Positions 56,686 to 64,000 of a stretch of 64,000 nt of DNA are shown here, piece by piece (within the stretch, counting starts at the first letter, position 1; every line of letters starts with the position of its first letter). The translations under genes were made by a program, and so were the position numbers. The stretch spans positions 75,974 through 139,973 of the forward strand of contig JAZKIM010000004.1 of NCBI GenBank assembly GCA_040384865.1, given 5' to 3'. The DNA is from Patescibacteria group bacterium (lineage in GTDB: Bacteria > Patescibacteriota > Minisyncoccia > Phycocordibacterales > CAIZLB01). The notes below the pieces were generated by a model, which saw nothing but the letters and a program-made list of their open reading frames with translations, was not told the origin of the DNA and searched no databases.

Positions 56686-58407
56686 ATGAGTTTTCTAGAC
56701 ATACTTGCAAAACAAAATACGATTACCCGCGATGATGTCGGTTTCATCATGCAGGAGGCGGAAAGTTCTCATCGCCCGATAGAAGATATACTTCGTGATA
56801 AAGGTATTTCACCGCAAATTATCATCAAGGCTAAGGGTGAGTACTTGCATATCCCGACAAAATCTCTTGGAGACAAGCAGGTACCTTTTGAAATTCTTAA
56901 ATATATTCCTGAAGAATCAGCTACTCATTATAAGATTGTGCCACTGGAAGTAGTCGACGGAGTTCTTGAAGTTGGAGTGGTTGATCCTGACAATATCGAG
57001 GCACGAGATGCTCTTAATTTTATTTCCGAGAAAATGGGAATGCCTTTCAGGGTCTTTATTATTTCGGAAGAGGACTTTCAGAGCGTCCTCAGTACTTATA
57101 AAGGTCTTACTGGGGAAGTAACGAAGGCACTTGGAGTACTTGAGGATGAAATGACTGGTATTGCTGATGTGGAATTGTCGAAAGACGAGGAGTTGGTGCC
57201 TCAGAAAAGTGGTACGGCAAATATCATTGAGGATGCGCCAGTTACCAAGATTGTAGCCACTATTCTTCGCTATGCTATTGAAGGAGGGGCATCTGACGTT
57301 CATATTGAAGCTATGCGTGAAAAGATACGAGTACGATTTCGAATGGACGGTATCCTTTCCACCAGTCTTATTCTTCCGGCAAAAGTGCATGATGCTGTGG
57401 TCGCGCGTATTAAAATCCTTTGTAATATGAAGCTTGATGAAAAGCGAAAGCCTCAAGACGGTCGTTTTTCTGCCCGTATCGATGATCGAAAGATAGACTT
57501 CCGAGTTTCTACTTTCCCTGCCTACTATGGAGAGAAGGTGGTGATGCGAATTCTCGACCAACAAAAGGGTGTGGAAAAGCTTGATTTGATAGGCTTCTCG
57601 CAGAAGAACTTAGCGATGATCAAGAAAGCGATTAATAAACCTTATGGATTGATTCTCATCTCTGGTCCGACAGGGTCTGGTAAAACAACAACCCTCTACT
57701 CCATGCTTAATGAGCTTGATATGGAAGAACTTAACGTTCTCTCTCTTGAGGATCCGGTGGAATACAATATTGATGGTATGAGTCAGTCACAGGTACATCC
57801 TGAAATTGGTTACTCGTTTGCTACTGGTCTCCGTACCACCCTTCGACAAGATCCTGACGTTATCATGGTAGGAGAAATTCGAGACAAGGAAACGGCACAG
57901 CTTGCCATTCAAGCAGCTCTTACTGGTCACCTTGTGCTTTCGACTATTCACACCAATGACTCCGTCGGTATCGTTCCTCGTCTTATCGATATGGGTGTTG
58001 ATCCCTACCTTATTGCACCGACTCTCATTCTCGGTATGGCCCAGCGACTTCTCGGTAAGGCAGCTCCTGAAGCTGTTACTACGATTCCAGTCGAGGGAAG
58101 TATTAAGATAATGATTGATAATCAGTTTGCGGACCTCCCGGAGGAATTCAAGAAGGACATACCTGAGATAAAGGAGATTTATCGAATTAATCCTACAGCA
58201 GAGTTCCCACGTGGTACCAAAGGACGACGTGCGGTTTTGGAGGTGTTTGAAATGGATAAGGAATTGGAGCAGGCGATTCTTACTGATCCAACTACTGTAA
58301 ATCTTGGAAAAGTTCTTAGAAAAAAGGGAATGTTTACAATGAAAGAGGACGCCATTATCCAGGCTTTGAACAAGATTATTCCATTCGAAGAAGTGAATAA
58401 AGTATAG
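56686..58407 (+). CDS. pilB: Type IV pilus extension ATPase PilB/GspE
   Basis: ASDVHIE, PQDGRF, GPTGSGKTTT, EDPVEY, LRQDPDVIMVGEIRD, TGHLVLSTIH. Confidence 0.95.
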   Translation: MSFLDILAKQNTITRDDVGFIMQEAESSHRPIEDILRDKGISPQIIIKAKGEYLHIPTKSLGDKQVPFEILKYIPEESATHYKIVPLEVVDGVLEVGVVDPDNIEARDALNFISEKMGMPFRVFIISEEDFQSVLSTYKGLTGEVTKALGVLEDEMTGIADVELSKDEELVPQKSGTANIIEDAPVTKIVATILRYAIEGGASDVHIEAMREKIRVRFRMDGILSTSLILPAKVHDAVVARIKILCNMKLDEKRKPQDGRFSARIDDRKIDFRVSTFPAYYGEKVVMRILDQQKGVEKLDLIGFSQKNLAMIKKAINKPYGLILISGPTGSGKTTTLYSMLNELDMEELNVLSLEDPVEYNIDGMSQSQVHPEIGYSFATGLRTTLRQDPDVIMVGEIRDKETAQLAIQAALTGHLVLSTIHTNDSVGIVPRLIDMGVDPYLIAPTLILGMAQRLLGKAAPEAVTTIPVEGSIKIMIDNQFADLPEEFKKDIPEIKEIYRINPTAEFPRGTKGRRAVLEVFEMDKELEQAILTDPTTVNLGKVLRKKGMFTMKEDAIIQALNKIIPFEEVNKV

Positions 58408-58441
58408 CGTTTGAAAGAACGCTCTGTGTTACAATAAAATC

Positions 58442-58846
58442 ATGAACGGAGACCATCCTTATAAAATATTAATTGTTGATGATGATAAGTTTCTTCTGAA
58501 TATGTATTCCATCAAATTTCAGAAGGAGAAATTTGATGTGACAACAGCGGGAGATGGGGCGGAAGCTGTAGCAAAGCTTCAAAGCGGATTTTTACCTGAC
58601 GCGATCGTTCTTGATATTGTTATGCCGATCATGGATGGCCTTGAGGTTTTGGAAAAGATGCGTCAGGAGGGCTTGGCTAAAAATGCGGTGGTACTAATCC
58701 TTAGCAACCAAGGTCAATCGAGCGATATTGAAAAAGCAAAGAGGCTTGGTATCAATGGGTATATCGTTAAGGCAACAACTATTCCCTCTGAAGTGGTTAC
58801 GGAAGTCCTCCGTATGCTTAGCAGTAATACAAAATCTAAAGCATAA
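58442..58846 (+). CDS. Single-domain response regulator
   Basis: ILIVDDD, LDIVMP, ILSN, YIVK. Confidence 0.93.
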   Translation: MNGDHPYKILIVDDDKFLLNMYSIKFQKEKFDVTTAGDGAEAVAKLQSGFLPDAIVLDIVMPIMDGLEVLEKMRQEGLAKNAVVLILSNQGQSSDIEKAKRLGINGYIVKATTIPSEVVTEVLRMLSSNTKSKA

Positions 58847-58858
58847 TTACATTTATAT

Positions 58859-59920
58859 ATGAACTACGATACTGAACTCGAGGATTTACTAAATACAGTG
58901 GTGACACAAGGAGCTTCTGACCTTCATCTTTCTGAAGGCCGACATCCGACACTTCGAAGTAATAGCGAACTGTTGCCGTTGGGGAAGAAACCTGTTCTCA
59001 CTCATGATGATCTTGCTGGTCTTATCTTGACCCTTGCTGGTAAGGAAAATTACGATCGATTCCTCAAGACAAAGGAGCTCGACTTTTCATATCAGTACAA
59101 GGACGTTGCACGTTTCCGAGGAAACGCCTTCTTTCAGAGGGGACATATGGGCGCAGCATTGCGACTCATCCCAAAAAAGATCAAAACATTTTCTGAGCTA
59201 AATTTACCTCCATTTCTTGAAAACTTTACTCGAAAATCTCAGGGATTCTTTTTGGTGGTAGGACCCGTTGGACAGGGAAAAACAACAACACTAGCTTCAA
59301 TGATTGAGCTTATTAATAACGAACGCACTGAACATATCATAACTATTGAAGATCCTATTGAATATGTGTTCGAACAGAAGAAATCGATCATTGACCAAAG
59401 AGAGGTACGTATCGATACTGAAACATTTGAATCCGGACTACTTTCAGTTTTTCGAGAGGACGTAAATGTTATTTTGTTGGGTGAAATGCGAGGGCACGAA
59501 ACAATGGCTGCTGCAGTAACAGCCGCTGAAACTGGTCACTTAGTGCTTTCAACACTGCATACGAATAATGCCGCGCAGACTATTGATCGTATTATTGACT
59601 CATTTCCTGCTGCTCAACAGGACCAGATCCGTATACAGCTTTCATCGTCACTCACTGGTATTTTCTCACAAAGACTCATTCCTCGTATTTCTGGCGGACT
59701 CATCCCTGCGTATGAATTGCTTATTTCAAACAGTGCTGTTGCTAATCTTATTCGAGAAAAAAGAACTCATGAGATAAATACAGTAATTGAGACCGGTCAA
59801 CAAGAGGGGATGATCGACTTCAATCGATGCCTTGCCGATCTTGTACGACGAGGTGAAATCACTATTGAAAATGCCTACCAGCACTCGCTTAACCCAGCTA
59901 TTCTTGAACGTTTGTTATAA
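58859..59920 (+). CDS. pilT: Retraction ATPase PilT
   Basis: ASDLHL, GPVGQGKTTT, EDPIEY, AAETGHLVLSTLH, ANLIRE. Confidence 0.95.
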   Translation: MNYDTELEDLLNTVVTQGASDLHLSEGRHPTLRSNSELLPLGKKPVLTHDDLAGLILTLAGKENYDRFLKTKELDFSYQYKDVARFRGNAFFQRGHMGAALRLIPKKIKTFSELNLPPFLENFTRKSQGFFLVVGPVGQGKTTTLASMIELINNERTEHIITIEDPIEYVFEQKKSIIDQREVRIDTETFESGLLSVFREDVNVILLGEMRGHETMAAAVTAAETGHLVLSTLHTNNAAQTIDRIIDSFPAAQQDQIRIQLSSSLTGIFSQRLIPRISGGLIPAYELLISNSAVANLIREKRTHEINTVIETGQQEGMIDFNRCLADLVRRGEITIENAYQHSLNPAILERLL

Positions 59921-59930
59921 AAATTGAACT

Positions 59931-61139
59931 ATGTTATTTCTTTACAAAGTAATTAATGAAAAAGGACAGGAGAGTGAGGGGTCGATCGACGCGGTAAATG
60001 TCGATGTAGCTATTAATTCACTCCAACGAAGAGGTTTAGTCATCTCCTCTATCCATGAAGCAGAGTCTAAAGGCGGCATACTTAGTCGAAACATCGCTTT
60101 TTTTGACCGCGTCTCGAACAAAGACGTTGTTATTCTTTCACGGCAGATGTCGACGCTTTTCACTGCGCAGGTGTCAGCGCTCCGTATCTTCAAACTGCTT
60201 GCCTCTGAAACTGAAAATCACACCCTGGGTAAACATTTAACAGAAGTGGCGGATGATATTCAAGGAGGAAATACTATTTCAGGGTCTCTCGCTAAACATC
60301 CAAAGGTATTCAGTTCTTTCTATGTGAACATGGTTAAGGCTGGTGAGGAATCAGGTAAGCTTGATGAAACCTTTACCTTTCTTGCGGACTACCTCGATCG
60401 AAACTACGAAGTAACTTCAAAGGTAAAAAATGCCCTTATCTATCCAGCTTTCGTTATCAGTACTTTTATTGCTGTGATGGCCCTCATGTTAACGGTGGTT
60501 ATTCCAAAAATCAGTACTATTATTACAAGTTCCGGACAAGAGGTTCCTATTTATACCAAGGTCGTTATTGCTACTAGTAACATATTGGTAGATTTCGGCC
60601 CTCTTATTCTCATCTTATTGATCATTGGTATTATTGTATTTATTCGTTTTGCGCAAACGGAGGCGGGTAAGAATTCTTTAGCTCACGCTAAGATAACCAC
60701 CCCTTATTTTGGCAATCTGTACAGGAAATTATATTTATCTCGTATATCCGATAACCTCGATACACAGCTGAGCTCAGGTATTCCAATGATAAAGGCACTG
60801 GAACTTACCGCAGCGGTGGTTGATAATAATATTTATGAAGATGTTCTCAAGGATATTACTGAACAGGTGAAGGGCGGGCTATCTCTTTCAGATGCTTCTT
60901 CTCGACACTCGGAAATTCCGAGTATTATGGTGCAAATGATGAAGATTGGTGAAGAAACAGGAGAGCTCGGTAGTATCTTGAAGACACTTGCTAAGTTCTA
61001 TCAGCGAGAGGTGGTGAATGCGGTGGATACTCTTGTTGATCTTATCGAACCGTTAATGATCGTACTCCTCGGTCTTGGCGTTGGTTTCCTCCTTGCTTCT
61101 GTCCTTATTCCTATCTACAACATCTCCTCAAGTATTTAA
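59931..61139 (+). CDS. pilC: Type IV pilus platform protein PilC (GspF family)
   Basis: AGEESGKL, ALIYP, IGEETGEL, LIEP. Confidence 0.95.
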   Translation: MLFLYKVINEKGQESEGSIDAVNVDVAINSLQRRGLVISSIHEAESKGGILSRNIAFFDRVSNKDVVILSRQMSTLFTAQVSALRIFKLLASETENHTLGKHLTEVADDIQGGNTISGSLAKHPKVFSSFYVNMVKAGEESGKLDETFTFLADYLDRNYEVTSKVKNALIYPAFVISTFIAVMALMLTVVIPKISTIITSSGQEVPIYTKVVIATSNILVDFGPLILILLIIGIIVFIRFAQTEAGKNSLAHAKITTPYFGNLYRKLYLSRISDNLDTQLSSGIPMIKALELTAAVVDNNIYEDVLKDITEQVKGGLSLSDASSRHSEIPSIMVQMMKIGEETGELGSILKTLAKFYQREVVNAVDTLVDLIEPLMIVLLGLGVGFLLASVLIPIYNISSSI

Positions 61140-61160
61140 TCGAATACTAACGATTAATTG

Positions 61161-61204
61161 TTATCCACAAGCTATACGTGGGTTTTGGATAAATCTAGTA
61201 TAAT
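61161..61204 (+). promoter_or_regulatory. Inverted DnaA-box pair and -10 element upstream of the major pilin gene
   Basis: TTATCCACA at 61161-61169; TTTGGATAA at 61184-61192; TATAAT at 61199-61204. Confidence 0.55.
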
Positions 61205-61282
61205 GAGGCTACGTTTTTGGTCTGTCGAAGACCAAGGATTAGTAAGTTAGAAAGTAATTAATTAATTAGTTTTTATTATTAA

Positions 61283-61741
61283 ATGAAAAAATCTTCACGA
61301 GGTTTCACCCTCATTGAACTCTTGGTGGTTATCGCCATCATCGGTATCCTGTCTTCTGTTGTCTTGGCTTCTCTCACATCAGCCCGATCAAAGGGAACTG
61401 ACGCTGCTATTCAGAGTGAACTCGCAAACATGCGAGCTCAGGCTGAGTTGTATTACAGTTCAAGCGGTGCTAATAGTTACGGTCCTGTAGTTGCTGCTGG
61501 TGCCTGCCCTACATCCTCATCTACTACTGGGAACATGTTCTCTACTACCACAACTGGTGGTCTTTGGAGTCTTGTTAGCGATCTTGAGACAAAGGCTTTC
61601 GGTGGTGCAACAAAGGCACACTGTCAGTCAACAGGTACAGCTTGGGCGGTTACAGCTTCAACAACAAACGGTCAGACATGGTGTGTTGACAGCGCGGGTA
61701 ACTCAAAGCAGGGATCACAGACAGCTGCTGTTTGTAACTAA
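61283..61741 (+). CDS. pilA: Major type IV pilin
   Basis: G|FTLIELLVVIAIIGIL, C-terminal WCVDSAG; has its own promoter and terminator. Confidence 0.9.
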   Translation: MKKSSRGFTLIELLVVIAIIGILSSVVLASLTSARSKGTDAAIQSELANMRAQAELYYSSSGANSYGPVVAAGACPTSSSTTGNMFSTTTTGGLWSLVSDLETKAFGGATKAHCQSTGTAWAVTASTTNGQTWCVDSAGNSKQGSQTAAVCN

Positions 61742-61770
61742 GTATCAATTTAGTTAGATTTGGTAGATTC

Positions 61771-61802
61771 CAAAAACCGGCCACGTGGCCGGTTTTTGTT
61801 TT
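61771..61802 (+). terminator. Terminator after the pilin gene
   Basis: CAAAAACCGGCC-ACGT-GGCCGGTTTTTG. Confidence 0.88.
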
Positions 61803-61834
61803 GGTGAGAAAGAAGGTGCATGTATAATAGGGAT

Positions 61835-62692
61835 ATGAATGTTTTCTTTGTGGTGGCCATATTTATTCTCGGAACGATCATTGGAAGTTTTCTCAACGTT
61901 GTTCTCTATCGTTATAACACTGGAAAGGGTATTGGTGGACGATCGCAGTGCTTTTCGTGTCGACGAACACTGACATGGATAGACTTGGTACCAGTATTTT
62001 CATATCTATTCCTTGGTGGTAAGTGCAGAAGTTGTCGCAGTAAGATTTCCATGCAATATCCTGCCGTAGAATTGCTTACTGGAATTCTCTTTGTCGCATC
62101 TTATCTTATCGATGCGCATCTCTTTTTGTTGGCACCGACAATGTTTCTGTATGAATTGATATATCACCTAATTGTCATGTCTTTTCTCGTGCTTATTATT
62201 GTATATGACATAAAGCATAAGATTATTCCGGATGCTTTTGCTTACAGCTTTGCCCTTGTTGCAGTACTCCACCTCTTTGTTGGTATCGATAGTGGTGGTG
62301 GAATCATCTTATTACAACCGCAAGCATGGGATATGCTCGCTGGTGCTATCCTTGCTTTTCCGTTCTATATCTTGTGGCTCGTCTCTGGAGGTCGATGGAT
62401 GGGGCTGGGTGATGCAAAGCTTGCGCTGGGAATAGGTTGGTTCTTGGGACTGACCGCGGGAATTACAGCAATTGTGGTGAGTTTCTGGATCGGCGCTGCT
62501 ATTTCAATCTTGTTACTACTTGCTATTAAAATGGTGAAGGGATTGCGAAAGGAGGTTTCAGCATCCTTTCGTTCTAAATTGCCATACCTAACCATAAAGA
62601 GTGAAGTGCCATTCGCACCTTTTCTTATTATAGGCCTCCTCAGTGTGTTCTTTTTTAGGTATACTATATTCAGTACTACTTTATTTTTTTAA
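61835..62692 (+). CDS. pilD: Prepilin peptidase
   Basis: GSFLNVVLYR, RSQCFSC, CRSC, YD..IIPD, MGLGDAKL, VPFAPFL. Confidence 0.95.
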   Translation: MNVFFVVAIFILGTIIGSFLNVVLYRYNTGKGIGGRSQCFSCRRTLTWIDLVPVFSYLFLGGKCRSCRSKISMQYPAVELLTGILFVASYLIDAHLFLLAPTMFLYELIYHLIVMSFLVLIIVYDIKHKIIPDAFAYSFALVAVLHLFVGIDSGGGIILLQPQAWDMLAGAILAFPFYILWLVSGGRWMGLGDAKLALGIGWFLGLTAGITAIVVSFWIGAAISILLLLAIKMVKGLRKEVSASFRSKLPYLTIKSEVPFAPFLIIGLLSVFFFRYTIFSTTLFF

Positions 62693-62698
62693 ATATCC

Positions 62699-63340
62699 AT
62701 GAAGAGATTTATCTCACATATGTCACGAGGATTTACACTCATTGAACTCATTGTCGTTATTGCGATATTTTCTGTCGTCACATCTATCTCTTTGTTCAAT
62801 CAAGGAAAACTCAACAGCACTATTCTTGTCACTAACCTTGCTTATGAGATTGCTCTTGCGGTGCGAGAAGCTCAGACCTATGGTGTCGGAGTGCGTGCTG
62901 ATGGAACAGGCGGAAGCTTTGAGGGTGGTTATGGTATATCGTTTGATATAAATCGGCCAAATGAGATAATTTTGTTTACGGATACAATTGATTCAAATCA
63001 TTTGGTTGATGAAGGGGAGGAGGTGTCGACCATGTTGATACAAAATCAGCGAGGAAATAAAATTGTAGCCATTTGTCGGGGTGCGGTATCTAATCCAAAG
63101 TGTATGACTGGCAGTGAGCACAATGTTACTCTTTTGAATATTATTTTCCGAAGACCAAATCCTGAAGCCGTTTTTCTTTCATCTAATGGTAGCGGACAAA
63201 CAAGTGATGATGCCGCAGGACCAGCGTATATTGTCGTGAATACTCCTGCTGGAAACAATTGCCGAGTTATAATCGTAGAAAAGACCGGTCAGATTCGTGT
63301 GGACAACGGCTCGTCCGGTCTTTGCGATAATGGATCTTAA
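62699..63340 (+). CDS. Minor pilin (FimT/GspH-like)
   Basis: G|FTLIELIVVIAI N-terminal methylation motif. Confidence 0.85.
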   Translation: MKRFISHMSRGFTLIELIVVIAIFSVVTSISLFNQGKLNSTILVTNLAYEIALAVREAQTYGVGVRADGTGGSFEGGYGISFDINRPNEIILFTDTIDSNHLVDEGEEVSTMLIQNQRGNKIVAICRGAVSNPKCMTGSEHNVTLLNIIFRRPNPEAVFLSSNGSGQTSDDAAGPAYIVVNTPAGNNCRVIIVEKTGQIRVDNGSSGLCDNGS

Positions 63341-63382
63341 TATATGCACCATATGTCACATTACCCTCTGGTTTCCAAATAT

Positions 63383-63982
63383 ATGAAAAAAGTATCATCA
63401 CAAAAAGGTTTTACTCTTATTGAGATGCTCGTGTCGGTGGCTCTCTTTACTATTGTCATGACCGTCGGGCTTGGTGTCATCTTAAGTGTGGTTGAAGGGA
63501 ACAAGAAGACACAGTCGATTAACTCGGTGGTAAACAATCTCAATTCAAGTATTGATAGTATGGTGCGAGATATGAAGACAGGTCTTTGGTATAAATGTGA
63601 TGCCAACCTTCCTGTATTGCCTGGTGTGTCTACTTGTACGGATTCATCCGTATCAACTCCTGTGCTTAGCTTTATCTCTACTATTTCTGGAGGAGAGAGG
63701 AGTGTTAGTTATCATTTCGTTCCGTCGAATATAAATGGTACACCTGGTTATATCGAAAAAACGAGCTGTTCTGCCGCTGGTGTTTGTGATGCCGTTCCTA
63801 CTCGCATCACTTCTCCAGAAGTAAATATCACAGATATGCGTATGTACGTGAAATCTGGATTGAGTGGAGTAGATCAGCCGGGTATTCTGCTTATTATCGG
63901 AGGTACAGCTAAGATTAATCCTGCGACTGTTTCAAACTTTTATCTTCAAACCTTTGTTTCTCGTCGCGTTCTCAATATTTAA
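63383..63982 (+). CDS. Minor pilin (PilW/GspJ-like)
   Basis: G|FTLIEMLVSVALF. Confidence 0.85.
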   Translation: MKKVSSQKGFTLIEMLVSVALFTIVMTVGLGVILSVVEGNKKTQSINSVVNNLNSSIDSMVRDMKTGLWYKCDANLPVLPGVSTCTDSSVSTPVLSFISTISGGERSVSYHFVPSNINGTPGYIEKTSCSAAGVCDAVPTRITSPEVNITDMRMYVKSGLSGVDQPGILLIIGGTAKINPATVSNFYLQTFVSRRVLNI

Positions 63983-64000
63983 TATATGAAAAACATCTTA

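Overview
Chromosomal segment that looks like a Patescibacteria (CPR, Parcubacteria-like) genome: there is no rpmD in the spc operon, a tRNA-Ile(UAU) is present, many genes appear leaderless, and a full type IV pilus locus is encoded. Core content: the end of the S10 operon and the spc operon (rplP to secY, adk, map), a TraD/HerA-like ATPase, ndk, infC-rpmI-rplT, thrC, csp, tmRNA+smpB, ftsH, aroB, recG, mutY, tRNA-Ser, comF and a pilMNO-pilB-RR-pilT-pilC-pilA-pilD-minor pilin cluster. Main discoveries: (1) an integron-like array of three single-gene cassettes stacked behind the 3' end of tRNA-Ile(UAU) at 42.5-45.9 kb. The junctions have near base-exact conserved spacing, each contains a degenerate tRNA-3'-end mimic, and no integrase is present in the window. 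Two cassettes encode surface proteins with a constant pilin-like N-terminus and variable bodies. (2) A miniature 6S-like RNA of about 125 nt. (3) An orphan NrN-type (SAM-AMP phosphodiesterase-like) DHH protein outside any CRISPR locus, next to a divergent nucleotidyltransferase and a B12/radical SAM gene with a structured leader. (4) An unannotated, pseudoknot-capable RNA of about 200 nt at 37.7-37.9 kb. All family assignments are from motif recognition by eye; no database searches were run.
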